Assembly: GCF_000002865.3 (NCBI RefSeq)
Contig: NW_001865049.1
Location: forward strand, 316,331 to 380,330
DNA from: Monosiga brevicollis MX1
Taxonomy: Eukaryota
Direction of reading: 5' to 3'
Length of the DNA stretch: 64,000 bases
Below, one piece after another: positions 26,750 to 43,616 of this stretch; the stretch's first letter is position 1, and each line of letters begins with the position of its first letter. Under the pieces are notes generated by a model that saw nothing but the letters and a program-made list of their open reading frames with translations, was not told the DNA's origin and did not search any database. Position numbers and translations under genes: made by a program.

Positions 26750-27337
26750 GCACTGTCACCGATGCCCTGACCTTTTGTCGTGTTCTCTTGAAAAGCAGCA
26801 AGCCACTGCGTGCAGCTGACGAGCTTGGGGCGGGGGTGTTTCCATCTATCTCTTTGAGCGAGGGGTTTTTTTTTGCGTATCATCTTTATCTTTTGCTGCT
26901 CTGAGACCTGTAGCTGACGACGACTTTTCTAATCGATCTCTGGTTCAACGTACCTCATACAAGGCTGTGCTGTGAAACTGATGCGTGCTCATGCCGGGGA
27001 CCCGCCCCCCCAAAAAAGAATACTTACGTTTGTCCCCTTTTGGATGTAAAAAAAAAACCAAAAAGCAAAACCCTAAAGTGCTGACACACACACGCAAATA
27101 CCCTTTGTCCTTTTGATTTACTTGACGCCCTTGCTTGAAGATTCGGATTCGTCATTTTTTTAGAGCTTTCGATCAGGTGTGTGTGTGTGTGTGTGTGAGA
27201 GATGGATCAACGGTGCGGCGGGGAGGGGGGGGGTGTCTCAGAGGGGGCGTGGCATGATCAATACTGGGTTCTCGCTGAATTGGCTGCTTAACTTGGGGTG
27301 TACTTTAGGCTGGCATCTGTTTTTCCAGTTGTCCGTC

Positions 27338-28360
27338 ATGATGAGCGCAAAATGGCAACGTTGGATGTTGCTGTCCTTGGTCGTGGCCTTGGCGGCGACG
27401 CTCGTGGCTGGTGATGATCGTTATCGTCGCGATGACGATGATTTCTTCGATGACGATGACGATTTTTACTGCCACGACAACAATGCGCGCTACTGCAAAT
27501 CGTTCGTCTTGTCGCCAGAGCCAACGCTTGCTCGTCTGCTAAAAGGTGACCTGGATTGCTTCCAAACCTGACGCATCCGATTGCGCGCGCGCACTTAGAA
27601 ATTGCTGCATCAACAAGCGTTGTGGAAGCGAGTCCGAGTGCCGCCGCGTGGGCATTATCGTTGGAAGCGTCTTTGCTGCTATTTTTGCCATTGGCTTTTG
27701 CATCTGCTTTGGCTGCTGGTGAGCATTGCTGGCTTGACAATATCCACTCCTTCCCATTTTTGAGCGCTTGCTAACAGAAGATCCCGCAGGTATGCAAGTT
27801 CGCAGAGCCGGCGCCGTCGCGCTCAACAGGTCCAGGTGCAAAACCAAGGCCAAGCCCAGCCAGTTCAATACTATAACAAGTGCGTTTGCTCTATAATGAC
27901 GTGGCGCCTTTCCGAGACAGTACACAGCGGCCTCTGGCCCGGCTCATCAGCATCTGTTACCCCTCACTCGGTACTGGCCGGTTTGTCCTGCAGTGCGCCT
28001 GCTTCTCCACCAAGCTACAACCAACATTATCCTCCGCTGCAACACAATGCCGCCGGTCCCGCAACCAACAGCAATGAGGTGCCAATGCAAAGCTACCCGC
28101 CCCAGCAACAGCAGACTTATACACCCCAGCAACAGCAGACCTACCCCCCTCCAGCGCAGCAGACCTACCCCCCTCCAGCGCAGCAGGCCTCCACGTATTC
28201 CCCCGAGTCGATTCCAACCGCCTACCCGCCCCAGCAGTCCTATCCCCCACAACAACCTGCGTCTCCTTATCCATCTCAACCTTACGGCGCTGCTTATCCC
28301 ACGTCATCAGCAGCGGCATATCCCCCCAACCCATCGACGGCCTCAGCGGTGCGCCCCTAG
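27338..28360 (+). CDS. Shisa/WBP1/VOPP1-like single-pass membrane adaptor (six-Cys ectodomain, TM, Cys cluster, Pro/Tyr-rich tail)
   Basis: Signal peptide; spliced YCHDNNARYCKS|NCCINKRCGSESEC; TM VGIIVGSVFAAIFAIGFCICFGC; basic juxtamembrane RRRR; PPSY motif and repeated YPP units. Confidence 0.7.
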
Positions 28361-28829
28361 TTCACCTTCGCTTGTTTGAACCACTTTTGCCTGAACTCAT
28401 TCCCCCTGTCTTGCTGTTCTTGCAGGTCGCTCCCCCACCCGCATACACGGACGTTGTTCAGCCCAAGGGAGACACTCAAGCTTGAGCCAACTCGGAACTT
28501 TAAAAATACGATCGTCGTTTCCAGCATGTGTGCATGTGTGCCCACGATCATAGCGTGACAGTTCTATGGCGTTCCGTGTTTTGCCCCGTCGTGGTATCTT
28601 GCTGCACCTTTTGTTATTCACTGATTGTACAAGGAGAAGCGGTCCTCTGACTGTCGTCTTGGCGTCGATGCGGTGCAGAACTGGGTAGAGCTGATGTTTT
28701 GTTTGTTGTTTTGTTTTTGTTCAACTACGCTAAATCAATTTTTTTTCTTTTTCTTTTGGTCAGGCAGCCTCAACTCGACTGCTACACGGCGAACAAGGAA
28801 GATAACAAAACGCAGCCGACAGTCCCATT

Positions 28830-31800
28830 CTACAGGCACTCAGACACAAAAGCACTCCCCGAGAGCTGTACCCGCGTGTGGAGAACATTGGTTCCCGTTG
28901 TTCGTGGACCAGTGGGCTGTTGGTCGCTCACAAAAATCTCTAGAGGTCCAGTCTGTAACTCCAGGCGAGAAGCCACGTGGGCCGACTCGTAGTTTGACGT
29001 CACCGTGCCAGGAACAGGGCCGCGCAATTCATTTAGAAGCTCACATGTGCCGCTATCGGTGGCAAAGCGGTATCCCTCACATCGATCACCAAACTGCTGG
29101 CATGCCGTGCAGCATTGACCGTGGTTCTGAACATTCGAGACATTTTGCAAAACGTTGCCCTCCAAACGCTCCGCCTTGGGCGCGAAACACCTACTCCCGC
29201 GGCAGCACACAGGTTGACCCGACGGCAGTCGTGAGCGCGAGCAGATGGAACAAGGATACCTTGCCCAGCTCGTGCACATGCACGGTTGGAGCAGCTTTAA
29301 GCTCAAGGAAATTTGAAAAAAAAAAAAAAGGGGGCCGGGGGAAATTTGTAGGACGATTTGGTGATGACAATGCGTTGAAGACGTACGAGAGGTCTGAGGC
29401 CCGAGCCAACTCGCGGGGACGAATGCTGAGCTGCACCGTCTTGGAGCTCGCGGCATCAACAAATACGCGCGTTGTAGTGGCAAGCTGACGAATGGGACCA
29501 CCCACTGCGTTGGGCCACTCGACATACACCTGCAAGGGGATGGCACCTGACAAACGTCCCGTATTGGTGACGTTGACCGAAAGCCGCAGGGCTTGGCAAA
29601 CGGGCAAGATATAGGGCGCGGCAAGATGGCTCAAATTGAATTGGGTGTAACTCAGCCCATATCCAAAAGGGAAGAGCACTATCCCAAGCCGTCAGAAATG
29701 AGCACGATCATGGCGAAAACTGCAGAAGCCATCCACACGGAACACAGGCAAGCTAACCGTCGGCTTGTGCAAAGCGATACGTGCGACCTTGCATGGTGTA
29801 GTCGTCAATGGGGGGAACATCTGACACCTTGTTCGGCCAAGAAAAAGGTAAACTACGCCGGGAACATGGCCGATCAGTCGAGGCTAAAAGAGGAAATGCT
29901 CGCAGTCGAATTTGACACACTACTCTAGTCACAGGCAGCGGAGCTGGAACGTCATACCAACCGGCCTGACGGACTTGTCTCGCCCAACAAAATGTCGGCC
30001 AGCGCCGTGCCCTAGTGAACCAAGTTCAATTCGGAAACAGCCACAAATAGCCACGCGTCAGGGTGAAGAAGACCTGCAGAGGAGAGCAGCTGTGACGTGG
30101 AGCACATTTACTTGGCATACCGCTGTTTGACCGAGATAGATCAGGTCCAAGATGGCGGCCACACGAGTGTCTTGCTCCAAGGCAGCCAGATCGACGGGTC
30201 CCGCGGTAGAGACCTGATGGCGAGCCGCAGCAGGAAAAAAGGTCGAGAGACATCGTCAAGGAGGGGCAGGAGTGAGCAAGCGGTCTGATGACGCACGATA
30301 GGCAGGCATTTAAGTATGTGCTCCAACCTACCAGCAAGACGAGCCGCTGCTTTGTGCCCAAGGCCTCCAAGACGGTCTGCACCAAGGTGGGCTGGGCTCC
30401 GGGGAAGCTCATGTTAGAGCGGTCCAAGCTCTCCGACTCGACGTGGTAGCTCGTGCCCACGGCCAGCAACACGGTATCACAGCCTATGGGAGCAGGTGCC
30501 GGGACACAGAGAGATGTCAGCCCAGCAGAACAGATGTATCCATGCATGTCTGACGCTTTTCTGCGACCATGGAACGCCACGCGTCTTACCCTGTTGGATG
30601 AAGGTAGTAACTGCCGCCGTGTCCAGCCCGTCACAAAAAGGGCCAGTACAGCCCTCGAGGTATTGAAACGAAGCTGCATAGGAGGGAGCGAGCACGTGTC
30701 TGTGAATGGCGCCTCGAGCAGAAGTGTGACACTTTTGACCGTGCATGTAACGATGACACCATCCGCGCGCGAGTGCAGCAAGCCATCGAGCATAGCAGAA
30801 CAAACCAGTCTGGGAGGCGTTTTGCAAGGCGGCTGCAAGGCCAGCGCGGTACGTGACAGTCACGTTTGTACTGCCGTGAGGCGAGTATTTGCCCATCATC
30901 AGGTCGGCGTTATCCGCAAAGGGGCCCAGCAGGCAGTAGGATGCATTCTTGGCGGCAGCCGACAGCGGTAGCGTCTCGTTTTGATTTTTAAGCAGAACGA
31001 TGCTGGCCGTGGCGACGTCGCGAGCCATTTCCACATGTGCCGGGCTTGAGACGATACTCATATTCAACGATCGCCAGGGATCATTCTTTCAAGCGCAAAA
31101 GCGTTTGTTCAAGTGAGGTTACTGGAAAAGCAGGATGGCTTCTGGCCAAAACAATGGGCGGAATGTGAGCGTACCTCGGGTGGGTCAAACTCGCCGAGGC
31201 GCATGCGAACGTAGAAAAGACGGGATACGGAAGCATCGATTGTGGCCATGTCGGTCAGCTTGAGGTCTAGAGCCAGGCTGAGGTTGTAATAAGCCACATG
31301 TTGCGCATCGTCCGAGTCCTCCATGTCACAGCCGGCATTGAGCGCAGCTACGGCCCCCAGCGTCTAGCCAGATCAGATGGCTCAAAAAGTGAGAGAAGAA
31401 AATAAGATAAAGAGGGGGGAGTGCCCAATAAGAGCGACAAGCAACAGCCGCGCGCTTGTCAAGAGGCTGCTTCACCGATGGCAAATCGTTCTCGCACTCA
31501 CCTGGTTGGCCGTGTAGTTGTGGGATTCGGTGATGCGAAAGACGGCGCCTTGATCCGAGACCACGTATCCCTCAAAACCCCACTGTTCGCGGGCGAAAAA
31601 AGTCATGGTTCGATAGTTGGCACAAGCCGGGACGCCTCGAATGCTATTGTACGAGCACATGTAGCCCATTACACCAGCCGCGGCACATTCCTCAAAGGCC
31701 ATCAGAAAGGTGCCCGTTAGGTCGGCCTGAGACACATCTGCATCAAACACGTAGCGCAGGTTGTCTGGTCCACCGTAAACATCCAGATGCTAGAAATGGA

Positions 31801-32981
31801 TCAGGCGCAAAGAGCCGACTTGAGAAAGTATCATGGGCTGCTTCAATGGATCAAATTCATCATCTGATAGGGCAAGATCTCTGGGCCAAACACGGCAACC
31901 ATACCTTGCAGGCGGCGGCTGCTGCGTAGTATCGAGTGTGGTTGCCCTGGATGCCCTCGACAAAGCTTCGGGCCATGAAGGAGCTGAGAACGGGGCATTC
32001 ACCAAAGGTTTCGTCGTTGCGACCCCACAAAGGGTGGCGATTGATGTTGACCACAGGAGACCAGCTACCGCAGCACCACCATGCGAACCAAGATCAGCGG
32101 TGATCGATAACCAGAAAGGTCACCAAGATCTCCAGGCGTGTTTGCAGTCCTACCAGCTCAAACCGTGATGGAACTTGACGACGCCATTCTAGGCAGTGAG
32201 GATGTCCACGATAAGGTGAGACTTTTTGAGAGTCCGCGACGGTGGGATGGCAAACACGGTATAGGACATACCTCGCGATCAAAATTGCGCTGAGCGCGCA
32301 GTTCAAGTGCAATGGTGCCTGCAGCACGCTTGAGCAGGGCCGGATCAAATGTGGCGGCCATGCCCAGCGGCTGAGGAAACGCCGTGCCGTGAGGATCATT
32401 CCCATCAGTGCCCAGGCCAGTGACACACTCAGAGCCCCAGACAAAGGGTCTAGATGGGGGAGATGAAGCAAGCATGACAGGCGCAGGCCGAAGTGGTGAT
32501 CAGAAGGATATAGAAAGCGCACTGTGCCGCGTTTGAACGAGTTCTTTCATCCATCGCACCGGGGCGGACTCACCCGATCCCAAGTCGCTCGACAGCGGGC
32601 GCTGGTGTCATTTGTGCAGCACCGCCATGCTGCAGCTGTTGTAGCTGTGTTGTCGGCATCAGCGTAGGAGGAGGACCATGAGGGGCGAGCATAACTCGAG
32701 ACCAACCCAAGGAAGATTTTCTTTATGGCAGGCGCTGATCTGCGCGTGCGTGTTGAAGATCACCGACAGTCAGCCACCAGATCACGCACCTTCTCCTCGA
32801 GCGTCAGCCGACCGACCAAATCATCAAGTCGTGCAGCCCATGGCAGGTCCGGGTTACGAAAAGGATACTCTGGTGGAGCAGCAGTAGTAGTAGCAGCAGC
32901 GCCGGCCATGCCGATCCCACCCACTAGCAACAGCAGGGCCCCGAGCAGGGCTCTACAACGCCCCATCTGACCCACTGCCAT
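28830..32981 (-). CDS. Secreted GH3 beta-xylosidase/beta-glucosidase with an Fn3-like C-terminus carrying a PAN/Apple-like insertion, multi-exon
   Basis: Signal peptide, PFRNPDLPWAARLDDLVGRLTLEEK, TAFPQ, RHPLWGRNDETFGE, CK|H, MCSYNSIRGVPACAN, nucleophile motif GYVVSD, IVLLKN, SPSGRLP, LFPFGYGLSYT. Confidence 0.92.
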
Positions 32982-33428
32982 TTTCGCAGGCAGTCGGAAG
33001 AAAAAAAATTAAAACACACAAACCAGAGAACAAAAGCGGGTAAAACACAACTACCACAACTACAACTTTAGCGACACGTATCATGCTTGGTCATGTTAAC
33101 AAATCAGCATCAATGTCTTTTTTTGCTACAAAACGCTGCTTAAGCTTTGTCGACAATCCGTATACTTCCCGCCAAAAGAGCGAGGTGTCGACAACAGCTG
33201 TCAAATTTATTTGTTGTGCTTTGAGGCAAAAAAATCATTGCTCGTTGAGGTATGATGGCAGCGTCACTGCGCTGAACTCGCTGTCCTCGGGATGGAGTGC
33301 TGAGCAGGCGCGAGCTTGTGTGGAGCAGTGGGCTGACGCACGAGACTGATTCCTTGCCATGTGCCTTGAACAGGGTCTTTGATCTGACTGGAGGATTGGT
33401 TTGACGCAGACGTTGCGCACTAGGCACC

Positions 33429-36400
33429 ATGGCGTCGATGCAGGCAGCACAGCGAGAGGCGCTTGAGGCCATGCTCGGCGCGACGCCCGCCGCTCGCCGT
33501 GCCCGTAGCTTCATGCCCGACTGGAAGGTCCGCAGTGACATGTTGGCACACAAGGCCACACGAATTGGTGCTCCAGAGCATGGTACGAGCTTGATTGACG
33601 CTTGTCTGACGCGCGTGTAGGTTTTGATCTACGATCGAATCGGCATGAAAATTCTCGCCCCCCTGCTCAACGTCTCCGAGCTGCGAGACCTGGGTGTGAC
33701 GCTGCACGTGTCTATTGAAGCATCGCGTGAGCCCATCCATGGTGGGTTTTTCGCTTCAATTTTTGCCACCAGGCAGGCGCATACAACCCGCAGAGTCGTG
33801 CCTGTGCAGCCCTGCGTCCACCCCTGCGCTTCTTCCTGGTCTCTACTGCCCCCTTTGGCTTATGGTCCTGTTCCTGGCCCGTGCTTCTTCAGACGTCCCT
33901 GCTGTTTATTTCGTGATGCCCACGGAAGCCAACATCAAGCGAATCTGCCGCGACTGCATTGAGCGCCGCTACGGTTAGCCCCCTATGGAAGCACAGGCTG
34001 AGCCAAGTGTTCATGACAAGGTCCATTTTGCGGCTTTAGCCCCTCACTCCATTAATCATCGCCCATTCGTGGTTGGCACAGCGTCTTACCAGATCAATTT
34101 CATCACGACGGTGCCACGACCCTTGTTGGAGGAACTAGCGTCGACCACCGCCGAGGCTGGCGTCGCCGCAGACGTTCATCGAGTGTATGACATGGTGTGT
34201 CTGCCGTGCGCGCCGACCCCAAGCAACTGCTTCACGGATTCCTTTGTCGTCGATTTTCCATCTTTCTCCTCTGCGCGTCTCCTCGCGCGTCTTCTTGCTT
34301 CTCTCATTCGCGATCCTTCCTCTTCCCATGTTGAAAACCTCGCTGGTAATAGTACTCCAATTTTGTCGCCCTGGAAGATGAATTCTTTTCCCTGTGCCCC
34401 AGTGAACCAGATGCGCTCTCCTATGGCTCTCTCAACGCTGAGGTCTGCTTCGTGATCCTGAGCCTTCTATCTCATGACTTGTTTTCTCACCCTGCCCACC
34501 GTGAGATCCATCAACATTCACCAGTGTCATACGTCTCTCCACCCCGTCCGATTGTACTCATTGACAGGGCGCAAGTGAGCACCAGCTCATGTCAGCTATG
34601 AACGAGATGGTGGACGGCTTGTTCTCCGTTTTCGTCACCTTGGGTGTTGTGCCCATTATCCGGTGTTCACCAAAGTTTGTAATTGGTCCTGGGCCTCGTG
34701 CTTGCAAGATTGGTTGGCATGCCACTCATGAATTCGCTGCCTTGGTCGATACACCCCTGCAATAGAAATGCGGCCTTTCAGATTGCGGACCGCCTCAACA
34801 GCAAGTTTCGTGATCAGCTCAAGAACAGCCGAAGCACCATGTTTCAGGACCGCATGTCCGCCACTGGCAGGTACACAAGGGATACACTGAATCAGTGCTT
34901 TGTATGGCTGCCCAAGACTCCCAAGATGCACTGAGCAAAGACCAAGCGACCACTCTTATTCCCCGGTGCATGCACTGCTGCTCGTCCGTGCGCTCGCAGT
35001 TTCCAACGCCCCGTGCTGGTGCTCTTGGATCGCCAGCTGGATATGGCAACAGTGCTCCACCACACCTGGACCTATCAAGCCCTGGTTCACGACATTTTGG
35101 GCCTTGAGGTGCGAATGGGATCCAACGTTGCCGCCAACTTTTCAAACTGCCTCATGTGGATCCATTTTTGGCGCTCATGTCCTCTCCCCGTCATGTGCCT
35201 GTGAACCAGTCGAATAAGGTGACAATCATGGAAAAGGCCAAGCAGGAAGGGCAGTCTCCCAAGCGTCGCGATATTGTATTGGACAAGGATGACCGCTTTT
35301 GGCAACGCTACAAGGGCGAGCCCTTCCCCGTGGTGGCCTCGGCCATTGAAGAAGAACTTCAGGAATGCACGCGAAAGGAAAAGGAGATCAAAAACCTGGT
35401 ATGTATCCCGGTGCAAGGCGGTCTTGGGGCACGACATGGCGCGCTCTTTGGCTTGGCATCATCGCGGTTGCAGATCATGCGTGACAGCCATTTACTGAGC
35501 TCCTTCGGTCCACCCCACCAATTCATCCCCTGTCCCATATCCTTACTCCTTGCAGGGCTCTGCCGCTAGCACGGGTGCTGAAGCCGAGGCTGATTCGGGT
35601 GATCAAACCAGCAAGATTACGGCTGCCGTCAAGTACGTTCTGAAAGTCCCAAGGAGAACGAAAGCTAACAGCTCTGCTTGCGTCTTTGACCCACCTCATG
35701 CCGTTGTTCATCGGTCATCCACAGCTCACTGCCAGAGCTGCTCAAGCAGCGCTCGATGCTGAATTCACACATGGTACGATAGACCTTGGTTTGCACGCGC
35801 GTGCCCAGTCGGCTGCTGCGTGCCTACTAACTCACTTGTCTCTGAATCGATATTAGTCCCTGTTGACAAGCATCATGGACAACCTCAGTTCACGCAAGCT
35901 GGACGAGTACTTTCAGACGGAAGAAGAAGTCATGAACAAGAAGACTGTGAGCATTCCCGTCCTGGACATGCTCAAGAACCCAGAGGCTGGCACGCTTGAA
36001 GATCGGTATGGCCAGCTTGTTCTCCATTTGCAGCCACTGGCATACCCATGCCTATCTACGCCCTCACCATGAAATGCAACTGACCTCTGCACGCGCTGCC
36101 CCTGCCTCCTGCTGACGGTGACCACCCGTAGGCTACGTCTGTATATCATCTACTTGTTGGACGGCGATGCATCGGAGAAGGAACGTGAGGCGTGTGAGGC
36201 TGTGCTGGCTGAACAAGGCTGTGATCTGTCGTCGCTCAAGTTTTTGAACCAGCTCAAGGAACTGCTGCACATGCAGCACCAGCCCACTGTCTTGGCCAGC
36301 CACAGGTGAGGGAGTGAGGCTCAGTGCATAGTCAAATTGGCGCTTGATTTGAAAATCTTTGCTCATATCATGGGGTGCTCTAGTTCTGGTGGGCTCTTTT

Positions 36401-36983
36401 CCTTCAGCAAAACGCTGAGCCAAGGTGCCAGCTTTTTGCAGGGCGTCAAGTCCTTGATGCCCACGTCAGGTGACCTTCCCTTGACTCGCATCGTGGACGC
36501 GCTGATGGAAAACAGGACCTCAGAACTTGTGGCGGTGCGTTATCTTTTGCAAAGTGTTGATGCAAATGGCAGGACTTCTCGTCCGCCCGAATTGCGATGG
36601 GCGTTTTGCTCTTTGCAAACCCTGACCTTGTTCTTTCCGTTCTTTTCGCCACAGGATTACCCCTACTTTGATCCCAAGCGAGGAACAACCGAGCTGCCAC
36701 GCCACCGCGCTCCATTTGACCAAGCCCTGGTCTTTGTGGTGGGAGGGGGCAACTACACCGAGTTTCAGAACCTGCAAGATTATTGCAAAGTAAGAAGCGC
36801 CCGCCTTCTAACCCTCACCACAGCAGACCAGCCCCAAGGCTCATGCCCAGTGTGTCACTGCTGTAGCGCCATAAGGAGCGGAATATCATCTACGGCGTTT
36901 CGCAGCTCGTTCGACCGACCGAGCATTTGGACCAATTGTCTCAGTTGGGTAAAAACATGGGTGGCGGTGCCTCCTCTGCCTAA
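33429..36983 (+). CDS. SCFD1: Sec1/Munc18 family protein Sly1/SCFD1, multi-exon
   Basis: [91 protein letters not shown]. Confidence 0.93.
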
Positions 36984-37298
36984 GCGGACACCAGAACCGG
37001 CGTTGGTTCTCTCGGTCTCTGACCATGCATACGCATCTGATCAAACAAACAAGCAAAACGTTGAATTCAGCTAGACACTTCCTTCTGCTATGACTCGATT
37101 GTCACCGCGCAGAGCAACCCACTGAACCAGAAAGCTTCAAACTCGATCGAAAAGAGAGCAACATGTCAAGTCAAAACAATCAGAGACAAAGGGGAAAAAA
37201 AAACCTTACCAACCCCTGGTCCCACAAAAACGGCGGGCAACCTCTCACACGAACGGATACGCAACGCAAGGCGAGCAAGCCTGGCTCGCCCAAAAAGG

Positions 37299-37371
37299 CG
37301 ACCGTGGCGGGACTCGAACCCGCAACCTCTGGATTAGAAGTCCAGCGCGCTATCCATTGCGCCACACAGCC
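37299..37371 (-). tRNA. tRNA-Arg-TCT: tRNA-Arg (anticodon TCT), intronless
   Basis: GGCTGTG TGGCGCAATGGATAGCGCG CTGGA CT TCT AA TCCAG AGGTT GCGGG TTCGAGT CCCGC CACGGTC G folds into a cloverleaf with A and B boxes, followed by an oligo-T Pol III terminator. Confidence 0.97.
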
Positions 37372-37798
37372 GTTCAACATAAAGAATTTGTTGTGTCCAG
37401 TGCAAACCACTGGCATCGTCAAAAGCAATGTATAATATTTTATATAAAGAGTCAAAAATGTTCTCAAAAAATTTAATTTTATTTCAAATTGTGTGTGTAG
37501 GGTGTTTTGCACTTTTGCGCAGCAGCGACTCGTGCTTTGTCGCGCGTCGCTCGGATCGGGGTGAGTGCCTCGTAGCGTAGTGCACCGGTGGGCGAAGAGA
37601 GAATGCTGAATGCATGGATGCATGATGGCTGTCCAGGCACGGGGTGGTCTCACTGCTGTTGGGTTTTTTTTTTTTTGATAGACGACACAACACGGCTCGA
37701 TTTGACCGTCCGCCTGATTGAGTTGGAGCGATATGGACGGGGACGGGAAGGCCGGCTAGACAACTGCCTGTCCAGATCTCGGCCACTTTGGACGCAAG

Positions 37799-40938
<3,140 letters not shown>

Positions 40939-41758
40939 ATGTCGTCGCTGATCACCTGGGGCAAGAGTCTTGTCGCAAAGCAAAAATAGTTTGTCCCGGG
41001 CCCAAAGGTACAGCGCAACTTTCTAAACAAAAACCCAGTTGATGGAAGACTCCTGACGGCAAAAATAAATGTGTCCCGAATCCTTATAACCAGTGTGCAT
41101 GCGTGGATCGTGGCATTTCTGTTTGCCGATACGCGTCACAAAACTAATTGAAATTAGATTGCCAGGTCCATCCAGAAGCGAGGGTGTCGTTTACGCGTGA
41201 AAACATTATGGCTGGACTTTGGCCTAGTGCCGTGATTGTACATGGACACTTTTTTATCTTTTGGCGCACAGAGGTATGCTGAATCTTAACTCGATTTATA
41301 TCAGAGGGAGGAGGGTAACCAGCGTAAATCGATAGTCGCGGTTGACCCGTCCATTCGGTTATTCTGAGATGCAGCCGAGGATTGACGCCCATGCCACGTC
41401 TGGCACAGCGCCCGCATAACCTTGGCTGAAAAGACAGCTACTACATCAATGACACGCCAGCAGAGAAGCACAAATCACAACAAGTCACAAAAAAGAACGA
41501 AAGCACACATTCCCCACGAGTTTGCAGCACGTAGAGGCATCAAAAAAGTCATTGATCCCTGTGTCTGGGGCGCACGGCGCCGCTGAGTAGGACCGAGAAG
41601 GACAATGCAGACACAAGTTCAAGACACGGGAAGGGAAAGACTGGCAAGCCACGAACAGACAAAGACAGGGCCCAGTTAGCCGCCACCGGCCTAGTGCACG
41701 GCGACGGGTTGGGCCCTGGACACACTTGCACAGCGTAGATGGGCAAGGCTCACGACTC

Positions 41759-43120
41759 TCACGAGGACATGGCGAAGCGACCGCAAATGACGTAGCCAAT
41801 GTTCTCAACAACCGCTCGGGGCGTGTCGACGACGGTGTAACGCATAACCCAAAGTGGTTGCCACTGAACGTTGATAGAATCGCCATCGCTGTTTGTCAGC
41901 GTTGTCTCTGGGTGCCGCATACTGGCAGGTGGCGAGCGGGGTGGCGAGCTGCACGGGGTCATGGAGGTTGGTGTCGTGGAGTTTGGCGTAAAGGCCTCGT
42001 GGCCACGGAGAACCTTGTTCATGATGTGCTGAAAATCCTCTTTTGTGAGGGTGGCGCCAGCGTCGTGGTGGGCCTGGAGGCGAATAGATTGCTCTCGGGC
42101 ATACGCACGCAGCTCGTCGGAAGCGGGTGCACCGCTCGTGCGAACGTCCAATTGATCGACACTGGGCCGGCGGCGACTCTTGCCCTCCAGATCGCGAAGA
42201 GCATCAACGCCCAAGTTGGCCACGCCCAAATGACGAACCAAGCCGGCATCATAAAGGTTCTCCATATCCTAGGGGGGGCAAAATCGAAAGAAGTCAAGAT
42301 GAAGCTTTCAGCTTTCAATCTGAATCGGTTGAGGCGAACAGTTCTTTTTGTTGTTTTCTGTTTTAGGAAAAAAAAAAAAGAGAGAGAGAGAGAGAAGGTG
42401 ATAATGGCTTGGGAAAACAGTCGGGAGAGTGTTTGACTACCGTACCTCCCACATGCCGCTGGAGGTCAGGCTCGAAGGTCCATCAGCGACAGGGTCAGCA
42501 ATGAGGGTATCAATGTACTCAAGGTTCAAGGTAGAAATCACTGCGAACATGTGGGGCAGCAGCAGCAGTTGGCAAAGCAAGGGTCAGGCTGAGGCATCGT
42601 CCTTTACTAGCATGATTTGTTGAAGAATGCACAGCAAAAAAAATGCGGGGCCCTTTGGGTGAAACCACGTACCACTGCGCAGAGCGTCTGACGCAAAACC
42701 TGCACGGTAATGGTCAAGGACAAAGAGCTTGGCAGTGACAGACTTTTCAGCGCGCTCCTCGGGTTTGATCTTGTCCATGAGTTTGGGATGGCCAATAAAC
42801 TGCAATGAGTACATTGAGTCATGGTGAATGGCACGCACGGGCATGCGCTGATTGTTCAAAGTACCAGAGAGAAACCGAGCCAGTCAAGTACGAACGTCGT
42901 TGGCGAGAACATAGTCGCCCGAATTGTACTTGCGCCAACAATGCATGGTGCACTTGAGGGCAGTGGTGATCTGTACGCGATGAGGCAACGGGATGAGCGC
43001 ATGCGGGCACTAATAATGACCAACAGAGATGAGAGCTAGGGTAAAGAAAAAGGGCGGAAGCGGGTTTTACCTCGTTCTTAGTGGAGGTCTTTGCGTGCAA
43101 CTGGTGATTGCAGCTATCGC

Positions 43121-43185
<65 letters not shown>

Positions 43186-43616
43186 GGCGGAAAAACAGCA
43201 ATCCGGTCAGTCCGGCAACAGGCAGGACATCAAGGCAGGTGCCAACATCACCAAGTCAACTCGATTTCGTGTTGGGAGCCAGGAGCCACAACGTACCGGC
43301 GGACGTTACCCGTGTGGATCATGACCACGCGGCTCAGATCAGAGAGACCATCGAGGCCGACAGGGACGGGTTCGGTGGCATACGCGCCGGCCGCGGTCGG
43401 CGCGGGATGAGGTTGCCGCATCATCTCAGCAGAGGCCGGAGTGGGTAGTGTCGGAGGCTGAGAAGTGAGGGCCACCGGAGCAGAGGGTTGGTGGTGGCAC
43501 TCGGCGCAGACGTCGAGAAGGGCTTGTTCGCGACCAGCCACGTCCAGCAGCTGCTCATCAGCGGTCCAATAAGGCGGAGCAGAGGTCAGAGCGTGAAGAA
43601 CAGCGGCAGCTGACAT
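41759..43616 (-). CDS. GCLM: Glutamate-cysteine ligase modifier subunit (aldo-keto reductase fold), multi-exon
   Basis: IHTGNV, IKPEERAEKSVTAKLFV, MWE|DMENL...LGVANL, DELRAYA...IRLQAHHD, WQPLWVMRYTV...RAVVENIGYV parallel GCLM (LQTGNL, INPDEREEMKVSAKLFI, WVPLWLLRYSV..RGIIKSKGYI). Confidence 0.88.
43122..43180. repeat. Intronic (CA)n microsatellite
   Basis: Directly visible. Confidence 0.95.

Noticed and set aside
26695..26904. Possible paxillin-binding-domain exon of GIT (DLVQCMSTVTDAL...)
   Set aside because: Out of phase with the preceding donor; the in-phase reading stops at 26749.
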